64,000 nucleotides of DNA. Source: Ostrea edulis. Its lineage: Eukaryota. Below, piece after piece: positions 23,255 through 36,100 of the stretch; positions within the stretch are counted from its first letter, which is position 1; the number at the start of each line of letters is the position of its first letter. The notes beneath the pieces are model-generated. The model was not told where the DNA came from. It did not search any database and saw nothing but the letters and a program-made list of their open reading frames with translations. Made by a program: the position numbers and the translations under genes. The DNA lies in assembly GCF_947568905.1 (NCBI RefSeq), contig NC_079169.1, forward strand, positions 36,208,001 through 36,272,000. Reading direction: 5' to 3'.

Positions 23255-23298
23255 GCACCAGATGCGCATTTCGACAAATAATGTCTCCTCAGTGATGC
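23255..23298 (-). ncRNA. Minimal type I hammerhead ribozyme motif (Penelope-like element type)
   Basis: Minus strand: GCAUCA-CUGAGGA-GACA uuauu UGUC-GAA-AUGCGCAU-C-UGGUGC. Intact core, 4-bp stem II, palindromic stem III, 6-bp stem I. Confidence 0.75.
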
Positions 23299-26200
23299 TC
23301 AACCGAAATCCGAAATAACTATGAAGTTTTAGAGCTCAATACAGCCAAAACCAGCGTTCCAAAAAAGTGGAGCCAAATTCGTCCAAGGATAAGACCTATG
23401 CATGAGGGAGATAATCCTTAATTTAGAGATATAGAGACAGTTTACATTTATCATACAATGTTCACCATATTGGTGGTACAAAGTTCAACCTGTTTCTGAT
23501 CATGAACCTCTCTCATTTCTTTCTCTTATGCTCAAACTCCTGATTAATTTGGATCCTGTATACTGACCCAATCAAAAATATAAAACATAATAAAGTAAAT
23601 AAAGCATGGTAACGAGAAAGCAATATATTATGATTTTAATATGCTAAAAAGTAAAATTTGCACAAACCTTAAAATGTTCATTTCTTTAACATTGTACCTA
23701 TATTAACAACAATAGTAAGCACTTATATTTTCCTTGGCAACACAAAGAAACAGATCTAGGAACCAGCCCACCATTACATCTGGTAACCAAGACAACAGTC
23801 AACAAACTTGTTATCTGATGGGTCATTCCTGAGGTACTTCTATGTGTATGTATAACAGAAATGAGTATATTACTCTCCTGTACCGTGAGGAAACCAACAT
23901 CTCAAAACAAAAAAGCTAAACATTGCAACATATATGTCTATTAGGACATTGCCACAGATTTATTGAAGAAATGCATGAAATGTGTCTTTCTGCTAAATCA
24001 AAGAAAAATATGAATTGATGAATTTCTACTACTTGTAACATAAATAAACTCTACTTAAAGTAGTCTAGTTCATATTTAATGATAAGAATTTCACTTCTAT
24101 GAAAGAATTCTAGTTAAGAGCAACAAATTGCACTTATATGTAATATGACAAGAGTTGTCTTTTCTTACACTGGTAACACCACCAACTGCAGTATAACTTG
24201 CATTAGATGCAGCAAAAGCCTCTATCATGATGCTTTAAAATAAACAGCACACAGAATAAGCATCTCAAACATACCCCCTAAAGATGCACGTGATTTTGTT
24301 CTGTGATGATTAATTTTGCTGTAGCTTTAAACAAATGGGAAATGAACTTTCATTGCATATATTAGCAATTTATCGTCAACATTTATTTTCACTTTCTCTT
24401 TGAAAGTTGTTAATCAAGACAGTACAATGTATTTCTAAAAAAATGATAACAACAGCCTTGAGCCAAAACAAAAGACAACACAGTAAAAACAAGACAGGTT
24501 TTAACGTAATGTATAATATATTCAGAAAAATGACAACATACCCCATGGTCAACACAAGGCTCCTGTGTATAATGTATATATAGATAAGCACTCTATACAA
24601 CACATGTATAGTCAGTATAGAATATATATTAAGCATGGCACATAAAAAGTAGTACTGAAGATGTAGTATTTTCAATACGGAAAAACAACGGATGAGTTTC
24701 TACAACTAGTAAATGCTATATGAAATTCTATTTACAATATATGGAAAAAACATTGAAGTGCATGGCATTTGTCTATGTTGATTCAGTGAAGAAGTGCTTT
24801 CCAGAGAATAAAATGTTTCTGTGTAGATGTATTCATACACTACCTGCTGGAACAATTTCATAAACCTTACAATGAAGAAAAAAAAAAAGACCAAAAAAAA
24901 TCTACATGAAATTAACAATAAAGAAAAGCCTAACAGGACTAATTTCAACCCATCTCTACATATGCAACTCCTATGGTGATGTGTTTACAGCTAAAATATA
25001 TAATGGATGGTCACCCACTGATAAATTCTATTCATTTGAATGATAAATCTAATTATATCTATTATAAATTGGAATTGAACTTAACAAGTTTTGAAATAAT
25101 TTAATGATTAATAAATATACCATACAGCATATACATTTACTTATAAAATAGGCAAATCGTAAACATTTGCCAAAATCTCGCCTACTTGACTGACTTTGGG
25201 TCATGTGTCGCTGTTTGAAACTACACTTTCATTTTACTTTGAAATGATATATTTTATGAAAATGTTATTATATTTCAATTGTGTTGTTGCTAGGGTTTAG
25301 AAGGTTTGAACTTTACATCTTTGATTATCAAAATAGTAAATGTAATTTAAATCAAAACAATGTGCATTTCTGCCAAAGTACCATGGTTTGCGAGATAATA
25401 CAAGATTTGAGGAATTGCGATCTCTGATATTACTGACAGAATGTACAGAAAATCATTTTCTAAATCTGAAAATAGAAAATTTCTTCTAAATTGAGTAAAT
25501 CAATCTGAAAATACATGATGTTAAACATTTCCACAAAATCTGGGTAAAAATATATCCCCAGCGAAAATCTCTGAATGAAAAATGTCTATGGACAGACAGG
25601 ATGATTCCATTATACCCCCTCCCCAAAACTTTGTGTGGGGTGTAAAAAAAATTGCTGTAATATGTACACATACATCACATCTTTTTATGATACCAATATG
25701 CAAAATATATTCAAACTTTAATCTGTACAGAGCCATTTTCACAGACATATCACAGCCAAAGGTCATCAAGGACCTAGAATTTCCCAGATCTATTTCACCT
25801 CCAGCCAACCAAAATTTTTTAAGATATTTAAAATTGACCATTAGGAAAACAATCCTTAGCTCATCAATATTTTGCATTAGGTACAACATGGTATGGTATA
25901 TTACCCAAAAATACAAAACAATGTTGTTTTTCATCTAGTTCAGACAATATGACTTTGAAGTTTTCTTAACATTTCTTCCAATATTTTGAATGTTTGTTGG
26001 ACTGGATATAAGACTGAAGTACAGAGATGATATGCAAGTAAAAAACAACACTGCCTGTCGAGTACATCTAGGACATATTATGCATCATTTCAAGCATGTC
26101 ATCGAAAGAGACATTGCTCATATCATCATTTTGGCATTCTTACATAGTCTACATGTAAACTACACACGTGCATAGATGAAGGGATCCGAGAAGACTCCTT

Positions 26201-26671
26201 TTGATAACAACAATGAAAAGAAACTTTTAAGTAGCCAACTGTCATTATGTTACATGTATTCTTAAATTGCACCCCAAACATTTGTCTTTTTTAAAATCTA
26301 ATCCTCAGAGTTATTTCCTTTAAACAATAAACTAATAACGAGTTGTTGGAAGACACTGTAGCTCACCGGGAAGCATGGCTCTACTTATCTCAATCCTCCT
26401 TGGATAAAGATGAAGCCAAGATTAAGATCTTTGAAAAGTAAGTCAAAGTCCAAGGTAAAGTTTACAAATTTTGGTACCAAATGAAAGGCCTAGTCATGAG
26501 GCATCTATATTTAAAATATCAATGTCCTATCCCCCTTGGTTCAAAAGATAAAGCCCAAGTTAAAATTTTCCCCATAAAGTGTGAAGCAGATACCAACTTC
26601 AAGGTCATGACAATAGCTCTCCAAACACGTCCCGGCGAGCTAAAATGTGCTCCATTTTGAAATACTGTAAT

Positions 26672-26853
26672 AGTGGTTATTTACGCTGGGGGTTAAGTAC
26701 GCGTTTTTCTGTGTCAAACATTATGCGTGGAGGAAAAATATACGGTAACTGAATATATATATTATATCAAATATTTATAACTATACACATGGGGGAAATT
26801 TACGCGCTTACTACGTGACCGCATAAATTCCCCCCCATGCATAAATAACCACT
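26672..26853. mobile_element. Short MITE-like inverted-repeat element downstream of the MBD5 stop
   Basis: agtggttatttacgctggggg / cccccatgcataaataaccact. Confidence 0.55.
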
Positions 26854-27074
26854 TTTACAGTCTATAAAAACTGATTCAAAATGAAAATCACCACACAATG
26901 AGTCACAGAATGTCTTCTATGATAATGTTCATCATTAAAGTAAAGTCTCCAAGAACCATTACCCTATAACACAAATCTAATAAAGACCAGTTTTCTCTCC
27001 TTATTCAACTTCATTCAGAGTTGTGACACACAAGATTCCGATTTCTTCTCAATATCTACAGCCTTTGAATTCTG

Positions 27075-27198
27075 CTATCTCACTCGATTCTTTTTACTTG
27101 TCTTTCCTCTACTGTTGATACTGCTGGCGGTTATTTGTCCTAAATCAGCCAAGGCCTCTTTTATTGCAGCCTCAAGATTTGAATTCATCTTCCTTCCT
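27075..27198 (-). CDS. MBD5: MBD5 terminal coding exon
   Basis: cag|A GGA AGG AAG ATG AAT...NLEAAIKEALADL...TAG. Confidence 0.9.
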
Positions 27199-30100
27199 CT
27201 GAATAAAAACAAGTATATGTAACACAGGAACTGACATTCTGCAGAACAAGCCTCATGGCAGGGAGACAACTGAGTAAGGAACCTCTTTTTTGGAGGCTGA
27301 TCTTCAAATTGGGGATCACTAAAGGAGTCTTGCCTTCTGATTTTAGGACGTTAAAGCTGGTTTTGTGGTTGTACATTGAATTTTACTGGTGACACTATAG
27401 CAAAGCCATTATAAAGGATGTTGGTGACCTTTTAACTATCATTAATGCTATAAAATCTCAAGACGTAGGCTACTAGTTCTAATCTTAATGCCCTAAAATC
27501 TCAAGACGTACGCTACTTGTTCTAATCTTAAATGCATCTCTCTGTACTGATGTTTGACTAAAAGCTATTGATTGTTTCAATAAGGCAATAACTTTGGTGA
27601 TGTAAAAAAGTCTGGAAAACTAACTACAGGGTTAAAAATTACCACTTGCCCACTCGCATTGGCAACTAAACTTTGCTTGTGGGGAACCAAAATTTCCGTT
27701 CTCATCGCCCACTTGGTGACCGTAATTGTCCGATGAACATTTTTCTTTCCGACCCATCTGAGTCCTAATATAAATGAAGTTCAATTTCCGTTTGAGATTT
27801 TGCCACTTTGCAAGACATTCCTGATGTATCAAACCTTCCAAAACGTAAACCAGAAGAAGTTGAACAACATAAGGGTTACTTCAAATGAAAGGAAAGCGTC
27901 TGTTTTTCAAAGTGGAAAAAAAAGGGGAGAATATGGCTCGATGACGGCGAAATGGGGATGGCATGTGCTGTGTATACAAAACACGACACGAAAGGTCCAA
28001 TCATTATGACAGCTTCCCCGAGTTATAAACTTGACAGCGTTGTGACGCTGAGAACTTTTGAAATCACATAAAAAATTTGAAGGGTGTGTTGAAGTCAGAC
28101 GCCGCAAAGATCGTGAAATCCATGAACTTTGATATTTTTGCTATGATAATGAAATGAGAGAGAGGGAGAGAGAGAAAGAGAGGTGTTTGAAACAATTACG
28201 GAAATGGAAACAGAATTTGAATATTGATATTCTAATTTTTTAATTAAATTGTAATGTGACCTGATGTTTCTTTTTTCTTGTAAAAAAAAACATATTATTC
28301 AATTTCATATGTGTGGGCTACTAAAATTTCATGTGGGCTAAAAAGATTTTTTATTCAGGGGCCCACTTGGCCCCAAAGGTATTTAGTCAAAGTTGGAACC
28401 CTGAACTTTGACGGAATGACAGAATGGTGCAGTGACCGACAAAAGGGGATAACATTGCATGCCCCGCTCACTTCATGGCGGGGGCATACAATGTGAAATA
28501 CTGACACCTGGACATTGTTCACCATATTACATGTTAATTATAAGTTAAGTTCACCTGAATCACATCTTGGTTAAATAGCAGAAGAATCTAAAGTAAATAC
28601 ATTACTTCCTGTTTTTTTGCCTTTGGTGAGCCTTCAGTCCATCCACCAGGGATTTCAATTTGTCCTGCTCCACCTGGGTAAAGGTGTGATCACCGTACCA
28701 TTTGACCCAGATCTGAAATATACATACATGCACATTGCTTATCAATTTCTGCATTCTACAAGCTAAATTTCTTGCATATCACTAGTTGCATTAATAAGAA
28801 CTAATGGTGTTAAAGAAATCAGATCACCCTATGAAAATTGAATTCAAGTCAGCATTCTAAACTGTACTATCATATGATAGAGCATCACAATATTTAATAC
28901 ATGTAGAACAGCAAATATTGGATTTTGGCCAAACAAGATAAAGGACATGTATTAGGAGAGAGAGACTTTAAAATCATATCAATCTATTTACCAGCAGGAA
29001 CCTGTGGTTTCCAATACTTAAACCTTACTCATACCTTTCCCATTTCCAGTGGTTCCGGGTCTATGACTTCACATGGTGGTACCACCTTCCCAGGCCAGGA
29101 AGGAAACCCCCTGATTTGTCCCCAAATCAGGTCTCCTTCAATGAAAGTCACCCCTCCGTTAATACCTTTAGGTAAGTTGGTATCCTCTAAAATGAACAAC
29201 AACTGCTCGTCATATACATATTGTACCACGAATAAAATTTTTCAAATGAAACAAAAATGTGTTCATAAAATGCTATGGCCCCCTTGCATGGCCATTGTTT
29301 GATGGGAATATTTTATGAAGCATTGTGAAAATGAGTTGGACATGTTTCCTGACTACAAGATGCAAATCTTTCCTGATCCATCTGATGGTTGAAGGGGAGT
29401 AACCATGCCAACAGATGGACATTCAGGGACCTAGACGTCCGGAATAATCCAAACGAATACTGTAAACTAATTTTTTCCCCCACAGATCACTAATGGTACA
29501 AGAATATGCATATTACAGTTATACTCATGAATCATTAATAAATGGTAAATGAGTTTGCATTAAGTTATATTTCAGAGTAAGCCTACATATGCTCCTAAAG
29601 ATTTAACATAATGATTGCTTCGCAGTGAGAAATATTTATCTGAAAGTGGTGCTTGCGAATCTCACAAATACTTCTTGGATACAATAACAGTTTGTTTATA
29701 GTGTGCACACAGGCATTCACAAAATAAAATAGCAAAATACCATAAAATTATTTAAAATTTACAGTTCATTATACCTTCTCGCCTAGCAGTTTAAAATTTA
29801 CAGTTCATTGTACCTTCTCGCCTAGCAATTTAAAATTTACAGTTCATTATACCTTCTCGCCTAGCAGTTTAAAATTTACAGTTCATTATACCTTCTCGCC
29901 TAGCAATTTAAAATTTACAGTTCATTATACCTTCTCGCCTAGCAGTTTAAAATTTACAGTTCATTATACCTTCTCGCCTAGCAGTTTGGGAATCAGTCAT
30001 GGATTCTGCTATGTTTTTGGAATGCTTTGTACTGCTGGTCACCCATGGGGTATCAAAGGACTGTTTACCGCAGTTCTCCCCCGTCTGACTGGAGTCCGGT

Positions 30101-33100
30101 ACACACACACAGTCATCGCTAATGAAAACATTCTGTTCCTTGTAACTAATGACTTTCTTTTCAGTGTCTTCATCATTTTTCTTCTCGAAAGCACATTCTA
30201 CTTCTGCAACACTCTCTCTTTTGTTACGTTTTAACCTCTCTTTACCAAACGTTTCGGTGATTATGCTAGTGTCAGAATCGGTTTCATTTGGATGCACTGT
30301 TTCTATCTTTGTCTCTGTGCTACTGTTAATTCTCATATCACCTCCATCTGTACACTGTTGTGAATATTGTTCATCATATTTCTTTGAGAATCTCGTGGAA
30401 ACACTGTCACTTTCTTGTTCCATACTTGAATGCTGGGTATCTGAACTCTCCATATCTTCATCTACCACAGCCATATTTTCTAGTGCTGCTTGTTGCCTCT
30501 CAGACTCCTTCTCTGAAGATACTTCAGAGTCCACATACATCTCAGTGTCTGACCTCTTGACCTCTGTTTCTGCACTCTGTGATGCCTCACTTTCAGTGCT
30601 GTCCACATTTTCTGATTCAGTATTTCCAGCATGTGTACTTGTAACCTCTGAACTCAATTCTAAGTTGGGGTCTTCATCATTTTCCTGACTCTGTAAGGGA
30701 GGCGATTGTGTTGTGGTGGAGACATCATTGACCATGGTGACCATCGACAATGCATTGCTGTCCTTCCTGTCCACCTCCATTTGGAAATGTGGAGGAAGCT
30801 TACTCCCGTCATTAGCACTAAACTGGCTAATCAGAGACTGCATGCCCTGAAGTTGCTGAATTTGTTGCAGAAGCTGCTGCTGCAGTTGCAGAGTTTGTAG
30901 CTGCATGGCAGTTAAGTTGCTCCCTGTTGTGAGGTTGTTCCAAACTTGTTGTGCATTAAACATGGGTGCTAAATTTGTCTGAAGCTGTGATAGGACAGAA
31001 TTGATGTCAGCTGCTCCATTTTTCTGGCCATTGCCAAACACTTGAACAAGAGGCATTTGGAGGTTTGGTAAGACCAGTAGTTGACCTGGAGGGTTCTGTA
31101 TTCCTGGCTGCAGATTGCCCTGAGAGAGATCACAGGACTGCGTTGGTAATGCCTGCTTTATCTGATTCGTATCCATATTGATAAATTGCCCCAAAGGTTT
31201 GATGCAAACATTAGAGTTATTTCCCACAATTTGCTGATTTCCAACTCCACTAAAGTTAAAGTTAGCAGGCATGCATTGATCTGGTGCATAAGTCAGGTTT
31301 CCTGGCATCATCAGGGAGGAAGGATTCATCACTGGGTTAAACACTGAATTATTCTGTGCACAGTTCAAAGCTGGATTTGGAAACATAACAGCATTTTGAT
31401 TAATATTTCCAACAGCAGACAGGAATGGTGAATTCTGATTGTTCATGATTGAAGTTGCCTGTGTGTTGATAATTGGTGTAGTCTGCGTGTGTATAATTGG
31501 TGTAGTCTGAGTTGTAAGTATTGATGTGGCCTGGGTGTAAATAATAGGAGTTTGCTGGGTTCCTGCAAGCTGAGCACTTTGAGTGTGCACCACAGTAGGT
31601 TGTGATACTGCTATATGGCCAGACTGGGAACTCACTACACCAGGCTGATGAGAAAACAATTGTGCAGACACAATAGGTGTCGTTTGTGTACTAAGCAGTG
31701 GTGCATTATGGGAATTTAGGATCTGTGATGTTTGCTGGGTAGTATTCATAACAGTGAGGACATTTGAGACTGCTATACTAATTTGTGGTTGTGATCCCGG
31801 TTGCAACATTACACTTGGGATTTGGGAATCCACAGAAAATGTAGAATTTGTATTTGCTACTTTTACACCTCCAGGATTTGCGTTACTATGCTGAGACTCT
31901 GGTAAAGTTTCTGACAAAGGTGAAGAGACTACTGTTGCATTTTGGGCAAGAAGTTTCAGTGCCTCCTGTTCACTTGTTACTATGGCTCCAGGTTTATCCA
32001 TAAAAGTCTTCTGAAATGATGAAAGCAATTGTTGGGTTACTTGAATGCTATTCAGTTCTGTTGGCAGTACAGTCTTTTGTGCCATTTGAGCTCGAGCTGC
32101 TGCAGACAACATTTTGCTGGCAGGAAACTGATTAGAAATATTATAACCTAATAACTGTTGTATAGTGCTGAAATTGGGTAATACTGTCCCATCACTCTGC
32201 TTAGAATTATTATTGCTTGGCGTCTGCATTGGCAAAGTTTGAAGATTTGCTATATCTGATGTTTTGGTGGTATCCGACACTTTGACTTCTACCTTGGGAA
32301 TCTCCGTTTTTCCAGTGTGATGAACAATGGAAGTTGGCATCATAGTCTCTGCTAAACACTCTCCATTGGAGTCACTTGGCGACAGCGAATGGCACCGGTC
32401 TTCAGTGAAAGTGTTATCACTCATGGACAAAGCTCTCATGGTAGTGTCCGAGATCGAGATACTTAGATCAGGTCTCTCAGGTTGCGAAGTGTGAACCACC
32501 ACATTAGCACTAATGTCAAGATTGTCGCTGGCATTTCCAAATGTGGGTGAAGATGGAATAGGATAAGCACCGGAAACTCTTGGTGTGCTGGGGTTGTCTT
32601 TGGAATCCCGGGAACCAGAAGCTAGAGAGCTCTTAGACATAATTGTCTGATCAGATAGAAACCCTGTGGTATTTTCAAGAAACTGACTGGAGGGAGAAGA
32701 ACATTTGACCTTGGGTATGGGTCCATGCCCTTGATCTTTGAGCACACTCACATCCACATTTGGGGGTGGAGTGTTGCTCTCAAACACTGATGTAGTTTTC
32801 TTTTTATCTTTCTTCACTCGTGGTTTTTTGGATCTTGTTTTCTTCTTTTCTGACCATGAAGCGGGATCAATGAGGTCTGACAGTGCAGGATTTGTGAATC
32901 TATACATTGAAGGTTTGGTGTAGGGCATGGGATAGGAAGAGTTACCTCTCTTGTCCATGTACGGTATTCCAAAGCCAACATGTGAAAACATGTTAAAACT
33001 CTGGGGTCCTATGGGAGGGCTTCCTAATGGAGGGAGATTTCCAACTTGTTGGGAGTGAATATTCCCTGTGCTGTAGTATGCTGGAGACTGAATAGGTAAC

Positions 33101-36100
33101 TGAATACTGCTGCTTTTTGCATTCATTGCATCAGTCATTGTTTGTGTATATGTCTCGGGTAAAATACCAGCTGACTGCATGGAGGATAAATGCTGTGGAT
33201 AAATTTGTCCTGTATCTGAAACAGCCTGTATCAGAGGCTGAACAGTGTTTGAAGGAGGTAATGTTGGAGACATTAGGCCTGACTTTGAGTTGAGAGGAGA
33301 TGGCGATTTTCCCTGGTCAAGTGGGGCCTGAACACCAAGTGAACCTATACTGGAATCTTGAGAGGTTTGTCTAGCCAGAATTTCCTCCTCCGATCTCAGT
33401 CTGTCTCTCTCTGCAATCAGGTCAGCCACACGGACTCTGTCATAGGGAGTGCCAAAATTACTAGGTCGATTTCGTTTCTTCTTGGTCTTTCCTTCTGCAA
33501 ATCAAATACATGCATTAAAGATGTTATCAAACAAGAGGCCACATCACTGATATAGACAGTTACATTTTATCAATCTTGCCTTGTTAATTAAAGAGTAAAC
33601 AAACTCAAATTTACACTTTTATAAGTATGCTATATCAATTTGATAAATTGAACCCTTGTGCTTCTTGAGAAGATAACTTTTTCTATACAAATACCCAAAT
33701 TCCATGTAAATTCTAAAAACCTCTATAACTACAAGGTCATGGCTTGAACAAACTTGAATCTTCATTAGGCCAAAAAAAAAATATGTTTGTTTCAGGTCGC
33801 CTCTGATTTTAAAAAAGGGTCGGTAGGTAGGTTTTTTTTTTTTTTTTTTTTTTAAATTTAAAAAAAAATAGAAAATTAATATGTGCCTTCGAATCAATGA
33901 AATTTTGATAGTTAAAGTTGTTATACAATGTGTTTAATAGATAAAAAATGGGTTCAGAGCACAATGTTTGATTTACACAATACACAGTATGTGATTGAGT
34001 TTTGATATATATACATTTACAATAAATGTCTTGACATTTTGGGTAATAGTTCGTACATTGATAAATTGAAATCGGAATATTGAAAAAAATTAATAGGGTC
34101 GGTGGATATATTTAGGGTCGGTAGGGCGACCTGAAACAAACATTTTCTATTTTGGCCTTATGACAATTTGTTTTTTTAAACCTCTCTCGTGGCCCTGCCA
34201 TTAAACCCTGGGGCCATGGTTTCAATCACATGAGTTGACAAGCTCAAGTTAACCAACACCTAGATATTATGTAACACATTTCACTAGTTCATCCCGTTCC
34301 AGAATTCATACGAGACTGTATACTTTTTGGAAAACTAGTCTACATCCTTTTCATTGGAACAGAACTGTACAGTAAATAAATTATTGGCAATATCGTAAAT
34401 TTTATCCGGTTTTTCAACTTACTGTCTGTTGACTTGGAGCTGTGGGTAACATGACTTGCCACTTCTTCGGAAGCAGTCAGTGTGGAATTGTGGGTTACAG
34501 GACTTGTCACTTCTTCGGAAGCAGTCAGTGTGGAATTGTGGAATGTAGCCATGCTGATGATTTTACGTCGATGGTTACAGAGATTCATCAGATCTTCTGA
34601 CGACTTTGTTTGTTCCAGGCGCCAAGACTTCGACTCCACTGATATGTCAAAGTTAAATGTCTTATTGACTATCACCGGACACTCCAGTCCACACTTACAT
34701 GTGGAGTCTGACAGTAAATATTGAGTGACCTCTTCCACTGAACACAACGACACATTACTTGGACTGAAACGAAATGAATCAGAAATGTTTCAGAATAACA
34801 TCACATTAACACCGAACACAGTTATCTTTATACTTGAATCCAAGATTGGGTACCATACACACACACATAATGGTAACTTTATCATATTTACTCAAGAAAT
34901 GAATTTTATTTTTGAAAATACATGAGGGTTAAAGCCAGCATACTTCATGAAGCTTGCTACGTGCTGCCGTGAAGTGCGGCAGTTCATACCCTCGTGCTGT
35001 GGTGAAGTGCTGCAGGTCATACCCTCGACATGTATTTTCAATTCTGCAATGATTATCAACTTCTTATATATTGATATTTTACTTCCATTTCTGTCAGAAT
35101 TCTCAGTGATAACACTTTGTAGCTCCGATGTGTTAATTTCCCCATATACACAACTGGATGCAAATTTTCACTTGCATGCAAATGAATGGCATCAGTGGGC
35201 GGGGACTGTGGAAATCAATGTGGAATTACATGTGTAATTCTATTGCTATTGGGCAGTATTTTTGATTATGTCGATTTTATATTTTCATTTCAAATATATA
35301 TTTAAGGAATCACTGTCTAGTTTATTGGGTACCTGAGGTGATCAACTATAATGAAAAATATGATAATCTAGGCAGTGACAATTCCGTTATGCAAATTTTC
35401 ACTTTTTCCACTGCAGTTAAATCACCTCATACCAAATGAACTTAACAGACAGATTTCTGACTAGATAAAATGGACATAAATTGTACAGTTACTGTAATTA
35501 TGGTTACTAACCATGCTAGCGAAGTTCTATATATATTCAACAATATAACTGTACTTTGAAGATGTGATTCTGATAATCAGGAGGAGATAACCTACATACA
35601 CTTTGTCGAATAAATATACATACATTATATATAATTATTATATCATATATATATATATATATATATACATCATAAACTAGAGGTTCAGGAGAACACACAT
35701 ATTGCCTACAGGTATTGGTATGTGAGGGCATGTTCATTGTATTTTTGCAAGTTACTTTGTTCATCAATTGAAATGTGTTGATAAAATATAATGACTGAAT
35801 AGAGAGGATCTCCTATATATCTAATATCAAGTCACAGGTATCACACTGATGTATCATATACCCATGTATTCAAGTTTAAATGTAGACTAACGAATTCACT
35901 AAAATTTAAAATGTAGCCAATTTGATATTTAAATACACAGATTTGACATACCTGGTATACATGTATCTTCTGTTTTTATGTATTCACATACATGTTTTTT
36001 CTTTGTAAATGCTAACTGTTCTTATTGATAAATGGCTTTAAAACCACAAATTATAGCCCTGCATATGTGAGCATATAATATCATGATGTAAAACGATGTT

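Noticed and set aside
29986-30900. Plus- and alternative-frame ORFs over the giant exon
   Set aside because: Shadow ORFs of the MBD5 coding sequence.
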